DNA of 64,000 bases, from assembly GCF_008831285.2 (NCBI RefSeq), contig NC_045138.2, positions 27,900,001 to 27,964,000 on the forward strand, in the 5' to 3' direction. Both the position numbers and the translations under genes were made by a program. The notes below the pieces were generated by a model. The model saw only the letters and a program-made list of their open reading frames with translations. It was not told where the DNA came from and did no database searches. The DNA comes from Nymphaea colorata (lineage: Eukaryota). Of the stretch, positions 1-11,500 are shown piece after piece. Positions within the stretch are counted from its first letter, which is position 1. The number at the start of each line of letters is the position of its first letter.

Positions 1-3000
1 GATTACCTGACCCTAACTATGAACGGGCAACAACCACCCTTTCCTTTTGAAGTTCCTTACATGCACTCATACTATGTTTACTCAACTAATCTAAAGTTTG
101 AAGATTATTTGATCACTCTCGCCGGTGCAAATCTTACGAGTGTCCCTATCATCAATGCATTTGAAGTGTACAAGGTATACGAACCCGGGGGTGGGGCAAC
201 TTATGGCCAAGACGGTGAGTATCTTACTGATTTGATCAACCCCCCGTTTAATCACTGGAATCAATTAAAAAATACGTCAACAAAAAGATAAATCCCCACC
301 CGAGGAGCTTTGAGTGTTGCTTATCAGATGCACCCTTTGAGGGCATTTGATAATCCTTTGGAACGCATTATTCTGTAATACATTCCAAAAACTGGGCCAC
401 GTTGATGGAACACCGCGTTCCGAAGATGCAGCAGTACTCCTGTTGCCAAGCGCCCCCTTCGGGGTTAAAAGAAAGACCAACAGAACGAAGAACCACTTCA
501 ATCTTTGCGCAGCTTGCCCGGCACCGTGCGCTGTTGGAAAAACAAAAAAACAGAAGAAAGTGAAAGATCTCGTGAACCTTGTAGTTTTAGCCTATCGAAA
601 ACATTGTTTACATGCTGTCTTTACTTCTCTTTCCGTTTTTTCCTTGAAATGGATCTAGACCAACCTATTCGAGCTTAATCACCCTAGCATGAGGCCGCTT
701 GATCTTGGCTCCACAAACATGATTTGCTTAGACTATTGCTGGAGCTTAACTTGGGCGAGTGAGGCAAGTTGAGTTTGAGCGCAGACCACCCTTTGGTGTA
801 AGACCGTTCTGTCTAACGAGCAAAGCTACACAGAATTCATTGTGCTGAGCTAAGAAGACATGAACAAACATATTGCAATTTGCAAGTGAGCAGTTACAAA
901 CATTTTATTGCCAAAATTACCTTCTCAGCTTGATAGGAATTTTATATGCGTGCAGTTGATGCAATCACGGGAATAAGGGATAACTACGAAATCAAGAAAA
1001 ACTGGGCCTCTGATCCTTGTATCCCGGAGCTGTATCCATGGGAAGGCGTCAACTGCAGCTATGGGAATCCGAAATCTCCAACAATCACTGGCTTGTAAGT
1101 TCGATACCTGATCAAGTTAAAACTCTCCTAAACTAATTCATGGTTCTAACAGCTCAAAATTACTATGTAGGGACCTTTCCAAGAATGGATTACAGGGCTC
1201 GATATCTACCCAGTTTGAAGAGTTGAAGTTTATTCAGTCACTGTAAGTGTGCCTGTGCATCATTAAAAAAATCCATCTATGATCGATCAGGTTTACTGAC
1301 TGCGCAGGCCTTTCTGGTGTCTGCGCCTACAGGAACTTGTCAGGGAACCACTTGAAAGGTCAAATACCTGAATTCTTTGCAACAATAAAAAGTCTGCGGA
1401 CGTTGTAAGTATGGTTATTATGGTATTGTGGGCATTCCCTTTTCTTGTTTTTCCTTCACTTCTTTTGAAGAAAACTGATAGTGGGTTGGTAATTTTAGAG
1501 ACCTGTCCGATAATGATTTACATGGACCAATCCCAGGTGCCCTCAAAGCAAGAATTGATGAAGGCTCGCTTTCAGTAAGGTCTGCTTTAAGAATATTATG
1601 TTTTAGCTCTTTAGTTTTCTAAAATTTTCTCCAGATTGAATCAAATTTCACCATCTATAGGCTGAACAACATTTGCCTGGATAGTTCGTGCGAAGGAACT
1701 GGTCATAAAAGTAATGTCAAGTTGTTGGTTATCGTCATTTGTGTTCCTATAGCCTTCATCCTCGTAATTATAGCGATCATCTGTATTGTCCTTCTCAATA
1801 GAAGGCAACGGCACACTAACATGCCGGAGCAACATCCAACACCAGTAGGTATGATGTCCATGTGCACAACTACGTAGAATGCATTCAATTCCTTTTTGTC
1901 ACTGTTGAATGATCTCCATTTGAAAACAGTTCCGGTTGTGCCACCTTCTCCAATACAAGCACCACAAGTTCCAACTGCGCCTTCTTCTCCAGCACCAGTA
2001 CCAAACGTTTCGGTTGTGCCACCTCCACCAGTACCAGGACAAGAGAACAGGTTCAGCTACAGTGACATTGTGCGGATCACCAATAACTTTCATACTAAGA
2101 TAGGTAAAGGAGGGTGTGGAGCTGTTTACCTCGGGCAACTGAGGAATGGCCGTCAAGTGGCAATTAAGAAAGTTACCAGAACTGAGGCGTTAAGAAGCAG
2201 GGAATTTTCTGCAGAGGTTAGCCTCTTGCAAAAAACTTCATAGTTTAGAAGCAAAGGACAGCTAGAAGACAGAAAGTTGAATTCACCATTCGTACTGCGA
2301 CTGTTCACCTTTTTTCATCCTTGCAGATTGCTGCATTGTCACAAGTTCATCATAGAAGTTTGGTATCTTTCTATGGGTTCTGTGATGAGGGGGTGCATAT
2401 GATGCTCGTATATGAATATATGGCTGGAGGAAACCTGAGGGAGCTATTGTCAAGTATGAGCGATTCATCATGCAGTTATTAGGCATTTGCTATTTTGATG
2501 CTCTTCTCTTCAATGGTAAGCAACACTCTAAATTTGCCCATGTGGGAAATCATGAACGTGAAAGGTGAAGTAAAGAAAAACCTAGCAATTCCATAACAAT
2601 TTTGAGGCGCTCAGTGAAATCAATGACTGTTGCAAATGTACCAAAATGAAAACTTGTATGTGTGATGTGGGTGATATTCAAAGTTTCGCAATGGCTTAAA
2701 ATTTTTTTATATTCTCCATGAAAAAGTTTGCTGGTGATAGATACCTGTTCTCCTTGACACCTTTTGTTACAGTTTTAGCTTCTTTTTGGGAGTGGACTGG
2801 AATAGAATCCACCAGAATGAATGCTCAGAACCATTCTGGGCTAGGCCATTACCCTGTGTGTGTGTCATGCTCATTGTTGCAATATGCAAGGAGCCTCTGC
2901 ATTTTTTCCATTAGGGGCCGTTTGATGGCCTAGAAATATGGAATTGGAAATATATTTCTAGAAATATATTTCCTGAAAAAAGTGAATGAGAAATATATTT

Positions 3001-6000
3001 CCGATTCCAATTTTGGTGTGTGTGTGATTAATGAGAAATATATTTCCGGAAATATATTTCTGAGTTTGATGGTTCAGAAATATATTTCCAGAATTGAGAC
3101 ACAAGACAACAGTGGTGAGAAGGCATTAGAAACAGAAAACACAAAGCAGTGATTTTGGAACATCCCTTGGATGATAACTCATGATGGCAAGCATATAGTA
3201 TTCAGACAGCAGGTTAGCTTTACTGAACTCGGCTCACAGCCCTCCCCAACATTTTGGGGAACCAACAGGCAGTCGATCATGTACACGAAACGATTATGCA
3301 GTTGGAATTTTTTCAGCAAATGACTCCATTCAGAAGAATTATGCAGCTTATGACACAAGCAACATCCATCATAGCATCTCACCCATGAGGAAATTACAGA
3401 CACAAGACACCAAATCTCTTGCATGGAAAGATAGCAGAAACATTTCCGCATATGGCACATGATCAGCAATTTCTCCTCTGCTTCAAAAGATATGAATTCA
3501 AATATCCAAGAAAAGGGATAGCTGACCACAATGGCACATGATCAGCAAATTCTCCTCTGCTTTCACAAACTATCACAGGAATCAATCACCACAAACTAGC
3601 AAATTTGAAGTCACTCACAAAAAGGCATCTACAGATCATAAGAGATATTGCTTTAGCCAAATCAGGGAGATTCTAAAAAGATCAAAAGGCCTGTGTAAGA
3701 ACAGCCAATGCCACCATGTAACCCAAGAACCAAAATTAACGAAAATCATCACCCTGACAGTCAACCTCCCCAGCCCTCGTGGCACTCTATCGCTCCTTTT
3801 GAAATATCTGAAGTAGGAGGCACAACTCCCAGTCCCACCACTCGCTTGCAAGCATGGGTTAAAACATGAAAGAGGCAACAAACGAAACCAACCAAACAAT
3901 CATTTGCTTCAAGAGCCAGTAGAGAGGCCCAAGAATTGGCTTTCAACATTCTCCACCATAGTAAGACAATTCTCAAACAACCCACAAAATTGGCTTTCAA
4001 CATTTTCCACTATCAGAAGACAAAATTTTCAGACAACCCATAGGTTGTATAGAATGAAACTAAAACAAGTAAAGAAGCAAAGCTTCCTTTAATTTTCAGT
4101 TTTTATATTCTGGAATTTTTAGCCCAAGAATGCATGTTCTTGTGCTTTTTATCTTCCATGCCGTTATGAAAGTAAGTTGCTTGGCCGAATTAATTTCCAT
4201 CACAAAGCTTTTTCAACTACACGGTAGTAGAAGAAAACACCAACACAACTCCAACTCAAACAATAAAACAGGCAAAAGCAAAATCACATTAAAAAGCCAC
4301 ATCCTGAAGAAAACTGTCGTCATCTCAACCTAACGGAAGAGAACACTCAAGCACATTCAAACTAAATCTCAGTTAAAATTAAGTAGTTTAGCCGAATGAA
4401 TTTTCACTACAAAACCTCTGCGGCTACCAAAATAGAGATAAACTCATTTCCCTTTCATGGTTGTCAATTTCTCCAACACCCACCAGCCAAAAACGTACAT
4501 ATGACCATATATAAAGTTCAAACGAGAGGGAAAAGAAAAAATAAAGAAAAGGTAAAACCCTACTTCTTGAGAAGATCGTCAAACACCACCTTCAAGAGCT
4601 TCTTCTGCTTCAGAGGGGACGGCAGATCTCTTCGAAGTAGGGACATCGTCGACTTCCATGGCCAGGGGCTCACCGTCATCGTCTGCCACCGATCTCTTTC
4701 TCTTTTGGCGGTTCTGGGCCCCCAATCCTTCATCTAAGCACCGAAAATCGATGGTGCAGGCCATCGATCCCACAGAGACAGAGAGGGACCAAAGAGGGAG
4801 AAGAAAGGGAGGCAGCTTCCCTTTGGCGAAGCGTGGGTGCCCTAACGGGCAGAAAAATAAACCGTTCTCCACCCCTCGCAGAGGAAATGAGTTTCCGAAA
4901 AGGGGAAAGACGCCGAAACTTGAAGAAGGGGAGAGCGAGAGAGCAGCTGGAGAGAGCGAGAAAAAACCAAAAATCTGCGAGAGGAGGAGGAGGCTGCGGG
5001 GAGAGGGAGAGGAAGACGCGGGCGAGAGGAAGACGACGCGGGTGAGAGGAAGCGAGAGTGCCCTAACGGGCAAAAAAATATTTCTGGAAATAAATTTCCA
5101 CCCCTCCGGGTGGAAATTTTTTTCCAGAAAAAAATTTCCGAAATCGACCGTAACGGTCGACCATAAACTGCAACTCTAGCTTGCTGATTGTTGTCCTTCG
5201 CTAGTAGTGAGCAATTGGGCCCAGCTGCACAAGTCCAAAGTTTCCTTCTTCTGAAGCTAGATCAACTGCTTTTGAAAATGAATGTACATTTGAAGTTATT
5301 GCATTGGTGCTGTTCAGATGAGAGAAGAAGAAGCCTAATTGTTGTGAATTGCATAAGAATCAAATTTACCTTTCTTACTGCAGATAAGACGGATAAGAAA
5401 TCTGTGTTAACCTGGGACAAGCGACTCCAAATGGCATTAAGTGTTGCCACAGGTTTGCACCCGAAACATTGCTCTAATTTTTTGAATTTGTGAACTGTCA
5501 ATTAACATTTCTTTTGCAGGTCTTGATTACTTGCATGCTGGTTGCAACCCGCCAATAATTCACAGGGATGTGAAAACAACCAATATCCTTTTGGATGGAA
5601 ACATGGAAGCAAGGCTGGCAGATTTTGGATTGTCTAGAGCCATTTATGCTGAAAATGTACATGTATCGACTCTTGTTGCGGGTACAACAGGATACATAGA
5701 CCCAGAGTATGTGAAAAGTGCTACACATAAAACATATTCATCTTAGAACCGATTGGTTTCAGATTCCTTTCTCTATTTTCTTCCCTCTGGTGGGCAAGCT
5801 GAATGTGAAACCCTGTTACTGAAGAATAAGGAAAAAGACAGTAAAATTAACAGTAATAGAAATGGCTGCCAATCAGGTTGTTTATCATTCCACAGCCTTC
5901 ATGTGGATAGACAAACATTCTGCCCATAGGAATGCCATTATGCAACCTACATAGAATTAACAGAACTGCGATGGGATCTGCACAGAACTGAAAAACATCA

Positions 6001-6957
6001 ATTGTTACCAAAGCTACCTACAGCCTCCATGACATTTTCATATCATTTAAAGCAGGAAGTATTAACCCTTCCCCCTTCCTTTCTTATCACAAGGTTCACA
6101 TTAAAGATATCATTTATGGCCATTCAACAACAAAATTTGCTTCCTAAGACTAGTTATTAAACACTGCAATTGCCTCCCTAATTCGGAATGGCTCAAACCT
6201 TTCACCTTCCGTTTGCTTGAGCGCATGTGAAGCACATTCTATCACTTTCGCATGTAAAACATAAAAGACAGGCCATACATATATATATATGTGTGTGTGT
6301 ATATATATATATAACATTTATTTATTTATTTATATATTGTACAGATAGAATGCATGTCTGACTATTTGCTACTATTTACGCATATACGTGAAGTCCTGTC
6401 ATAGTGTCATCATTGACCACAGAAGAGTAGAACTAATTTCAATTTTTTTACCGGTGCATTTTCTTGTTCCTCCCAATGCTAGAAAAAGAAAGGTGCACCC
6501 TCATGATCTGGTGTTTACCATTTGCAGGTATTACAACACGGGAAAACTAACAACAAAGAGTGATGTTTACAGCTTCGGTGTAGTTCTTTTTGAGCTCTTA
6601 ACTGGACGTCCTGTTCTCTTCTCTGAAAATGGACTGCTAACTAGCGTTGTCAAATGGGCGAAAACAATTATACAATATGGAGATTTTCATAGGATCATCG
6701 ATCCTAACCTTAGAGGACAGTATGATGCCGACTCGATGTGGAGCGTTATAGAACTTGCTATTGCAAGTTTGCAAGTGTCTGGCGATAGGAGGCCTACAAT
6801 GCAAAAGATTGTTACTGAACTGGCGGCAGCTAAAAACCAAGAGATACGTCGCCTTGGAATTGGAATTCCTATTGCTGGAGAGGGATCGGCACTATCAGAA
6901 TTTTCGATGGAGTATACCACATATGTGGAAACAGATGCTGCACCTAAGGCACGGTAG
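1..6957 (+). CDS. Gene A: malectin-like LRR receptor-like Ser/Thr kinase (LRR-I type), 5' part outside the window, apparently intact
   Basis: GT-AG exons <1-214, 956-1094, 1171-1242, 1333-1404, 1499-1579, 1661-1848, 1930-2216, 2327-2453, 5384-5452, 5520-5706, 6528-6957. Malectin end ([11 protein letters not shown]), NWASDPC..WEGVNC cap, 72-nt LRR exons, [71 protein letters not shown], ends APKAR*. Confidence 0.92.
2914..5178. mobile_element. Non-autonomous DNA transposon (PIF/Harbinger-like) in the large kinase intron of gene A
   Basis: Left end TTA|GGGGCCGTTTGATGG resembles a Harbinger TIR plus TTA target. Clustered palindromic GAAATATATTTC subterminal repeats at 2930-3090 are mirrored by GGAAA-TTTCC repeats at 5075-5140. 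The right TIR is degenerate, so that boundary is approximate. No transposase ORF recognised. Confidence 0.55.
4560..4764 (-). pseudogene. Captured, internally deleted fragment of a plant Cgr1/CCDC86-like (rRNA-processing) gene
   Basis: ATG at 4764 gives [24 protein letters not shown]...SKRSAVPS, then in a shifted frame [19 protein letters not shown]. These match, from memory, the N- and C-termini of this plant protein family. Confidence 0.65.
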
Positions 6958-8266
6958 TATGAAATGGCATGTGGTACCTAAGCCTACAATCAAGATCTGT
7001 TTCTGCTAAAACTCGTGGTATTTCTAGTACAGCCTTCACTCTGCTATGTATTGTGAAAAGCGCTGCTTCAAACTCTGTTTTACCATTTTGTTTGCTTCTT
7101 TTGGTTTTGCATTTTATGTTTATGTACAGGCTACAGCAGTACAGGTAAAGTAAGAGTGACTGTGTAAAGATCTGCACAGTTTATACTTCGATACAGTGTT
7201 GAACTTGGAGTTTATATGCAACATAGACAATTAAAATGATGCTTGTGAAGGAATTTCGTTTCTTATGGTGTTGAACATGGAGGTTTGTACACCTCGTTCT
7301 TCTGTATACTTAACAAGCTCTTGGCAAGACTTCTTTTTGCCGTATTGAATGTACTCGTCTCTTGTTTCTGTGGCATGTTTTCCTCATTGTATGTTTACTG
7401 GTAGCCATTTAACGGAGACAGAGAGTTGGTTAGTTGTTAGGATGGGTTAATAATAATAATGATAGTAACGCATGTTTAAATATGTTTAATGCCACAGTCA
7501 ACGCGAAATGCATTTCAATGTGCTTTAGAGTTTATATACATCTTTAACTTATGAAACCATCATTGTTAACATTTTCATGCACAAAGAGAAAAGGTAACCA
7601 AATTTATACTTATATGTTATAGGCCTTAGATTAAGCTGAAATTTCACATACGTCACGTCTAAATGGTGGGAATTACCACGTAACAGCTTTTGCCTTTTAG
7701 TCAAGGAAAGATTATTAATGATTTTTCTCTTTTGGAAATTGGAGTCTTAGCGACTTTGCAAGAAGGAAAGATGAAGTACAATTTCATAAATAGCGGCTAC
7801 AGGCATGTCTCTCCCGCATACCTGACAATCAGCGAGAGATTGGTTTAAGCTTGATTAATGGGAAGCAGTCTAGTTTCTAATGGATGCCCTTTCCTCTTGA
7901 AGGCATGCACACAGATTTCCCACTGATTCCGCTGAATCTCGGGGTGGTGCTTGAAGTTCTGTTATAAATGCGATGCCATATACTTGTAAAGAACTTTCCC
8001 TATTCTAATGAATATGAAAACCTTTTGGGGTGCTTAATCATCTTCGATCTTAGAAACGAGACTCTGATTCAATGTGGGGCTCTATCTTACATTCATGGTT
8101 TTAGCAACCTGTAGATTTGAGAATCGTAAAGTTAATATTTTGACCGTCCATCAAAACCATAGACCCCTAGTGAGAAGGAAATATGTTGGACTTGAACTTC
8201 ATGAATTAAATTACAAATTCATGTAGTTCCTGCATTTTCTAAGCAAAAGATCAAAGATCCTTAATT

Positions 8267-8270
<4 letters not shown>

Positions 8271-8324
<54 letters not shown>
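8271..8324. repeat. (TA)n microsatellite
   Basis: About 27 perfect TA units. Confidence 0.95.
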
Positions 8325-8326
<2 letters not shown>

Positions 8327-8594
8327 ATCCGATTCGAGGTAAGGGCCTTGTTTCAAGACAGTTCTAAAGTGCTTAGCTTCATCGTTTGAAGCCAACCACG
8401 ACCTTTCGACAGGCTAGAGCTTGCACTTTAAATTATTTGTCTTAATCATTGACCACATTGTCAAAGGCTCAAAGCACAACTTCGTAGAGGCCAGGCGTTT
8501 CCACCAAGAAGACTTCTCTCTCCATTAAGTTGTCCATTTTCTGTATTTCATGCCTCTTCATTGTGTTTCGAGGGAAATGAAAAAGACAAGAAGG

Positions 8595-11500
8595 ATGACA
8601 GGAATATGGCTGATTTGCTTCACTTATTGGCTAGACTCTGCGATTTGTTTATGGTCAGGATGGTAAGTTCTAAACCACTCTCACAAAGAAAATCGCATAT
8701 GCTTTCTTTGATGAGTTCTCCGCATTCCTCATGCACATAGGCATTGGAGAGAACCTGCAAATCTGCCTTTGTTCCAGTCTTATTCGTATCTAATATCCAT
8801 CAATACTGCTGTGAAGAGCTGCAAAGGCTGCATTTCTATTTGATGGTTGCCAAACAAATTAATGGTTACTAAAGCTTATGGCAAGCTGCTGATAAAAGTG
8901 CACCATGAACACACACAGACAATAAAAGATCTTTCTGTCAAGTTCTTACCTTGTCTGCTTTTCAGTCTTTTACGCCCTAACTTTCGCACTCTGTTTTGAG
9001 ATTCAGATTCTTATATTTCCGAAAACAATATACAAAAATTGCCATACATAATGAAATTACAACCCAATTGTCAACAGAAAGCTTTTGCAAGTTTGGGAAT
9101 GAAGTCACAACATGTCGCAAATTAGACAGGAAAGCGAGAAAGAAATCTCGCGTTAGTTTCATTTTCGAGAAACTTTTTCTTGCGTTCACCTCTCAAGTTC
9201 ATTTTACATTGGCTGTAAACCTGTAATTATGAAAGTTCTCAATCCAACCAGCTCCATTGGAGCCTCCACGGATTAAAACCCTGGGATCTACTCTGGCACC
9301 AGAGAGTACTCATAACCTTCTTGTAGCGACGAACACGTATTAAAAGCACTGGTCAGACTCATTCCTGTACAATCATATTTAACCTGATCTATGCCCAAAA
9401 ACAGAAAAGGCTGGAAAAGGAAGGTACAAAGAAATCTAGGTTTCATATAATCTTGGTCTTGAGCAGATCATAGAATATGTGATGTCCAAGCTCGCCGCAG
9501 AACTTATTTCGTTGACGAATGCTTACCGGTGTGGACATTAATCTATAATATGCCTTCCTAGCATCCTTGGGAATGAAATCGTTCATTTGTTATTGTTGGA
9601 TAGAACCACCTCGACCGTCTGCCAGAAACTCGCCAACAAGGTGGCTGGAAAACGAGCAGATATCGCCATTTTCTTAGGCCGGTCAACGGAAGCAACCGAC
9701 AAGACAAACCAGAAAAGGGAAATCGAGGACCTTTTCCGGACACCAATGACAGTATTGCGACGTGGGACAGATGACAAAAACAAGTTTCGAATTTGAAAGC
9801 AACAGAATTTGATGAGAATGAACAGTTCCTGCCATTCTTATTCCCATGCCCATCATTCTGTCTCTCCCACGGTTTTCACTTGTACTAGTCTTTCCGATGG
9901 AACGAAAAGGATTCAGTACGCTCTGATTAATACCATTTCCTGGAGACACGACTTTTCAACTCCAAGCCGATTGAAGATAGGAAGACTCAATCGCTTAAAA
10001 TTTCTGAAATTTTTAAAAATGTAAAGTTTGTACATCAGAGAGCTGATTCAAGCATCAACTTGTAGGTTTTCAGTGTAGATCGCTTAGTCCGTGCCCTCAA
10101 AATGTCTTAAACAACCAACAAAATTGATATCCGAATGTACTTGCATAACATTACCTGATTAAAACCTCACCAGTTCCTCTTCATTCTTGAGACTCTAAGA
10201 GTAGCCTCTGTGTGTGTGCGCGTGAGAGAGAGAGAGAGATGCATCTTGGCCGTGCTAAAATGGACCGAGATTTGAAACTAAACCTAGACATATATGGTAA
10301 TGAACCCTGACCTAGTGATGTTTTTTCACAGGACTTAGCATTTAGAACTAGTAAAGAGCAGAATGAAAACCAAACAACTGGAACCTCTTTGGCATTCATC
10401 ACAATTTTGAAAAGCTAAAAAATATGTGTTTTGCAGGGTTCATCAGTCTTGATTGGGGAAACGAAGCCGATACAAACTACAAGAGTGAATCGGCATAGTT
10501 TATACTTCGGACTACAAATACATATCAAGTGGTGTCGGCTAACAAATTGGTTCCCATTATTTCAGCAGTACTGCACGGATCCACCATGTAGTCCGAAGCT
10601 TTCCTCTCTACAAGAAGAATAACAATAGTCTTGCTCCTGTGACTTAGAAAGAAATACATGGTTCGAGCTTCGTTTGTGTATAGGAACTATGAATAATGAT
10701 GGCATCAATCAACTACCAATTTTTGACCTGTACATGGGACTTGATCCTTGGATCACAATTCAGTTGGACAATGCAACTCATGCTTTTTGAACCGAAATTT
10801 TCATGGAAGCTGTATCAACTTCCTTCAGTGTTTGTCTACTTAAGACAGGCGGCGGCACGCCATTCATATCAAGCTTGGAGCTTCGACCATTATCCGACAA
10901 TGTCCACTCATTTACTAATGAGTCCATCTCATACTCACATTCAAGAGAATTAAGTTTGGATCAATCATTGAATACAGGTAATGCTCCGTTGTTTGATTCT
11001 TTTCTGTGTTTGATCCTACTTACGGATAAAGTCACCTTTAAGTATCCAGAGCCCATGTTTCTGATAATGTGTGGAAGCGATGGCATTTGGTGGCTCATTC
11101 CCACTTAGCAGTGCCATCTTGCAGCTTAGTGCAATTGCTGCAATAATGCTCTGAGTGTGAATCGAATAATGTGTTGATCTAAGGGCAAGCAGCTCGGAGT
11201 TGACCTCTTTCTGGAATTCAATTTCTTGATGGCGTGCAAGGCTTGTCTTTATAGCCTCTAGATTGATTAGTTTAGAGCTTGTATGGACGCATCTACTTTG
11301 GTTCAGAACATGGTAATAAACGGAGTCTGAAAATGCCATGAAGATGCAAAGTTTATATGCAATAGAAAGAAAAATTTCTGTCGTTGGCTAATTTGAAGGC
11401 AGGACCGACAAATTTGATGTCGACTAAAGGGCTTATTAACTTATAGCTCTAAGCAATATTTGTTAGCGGTCATGCTGTTCGTTTCAGCCTTGGACTGCAG

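Noticed and set aside
283..465. SINE-like stretch in a gene A intron (minus strand GAAGGGGGCGCTTGGC... ending TCTTTTT)
   Set aside because: Only a vague resemblance to an Au-type head; no clear B box and no TSD
4658..5179. 173-aa basic ORF on the + strand
   Set aside because: Shadow of GA-rich sequence antisense to the captured fragment and its UTR; no recognisable domain
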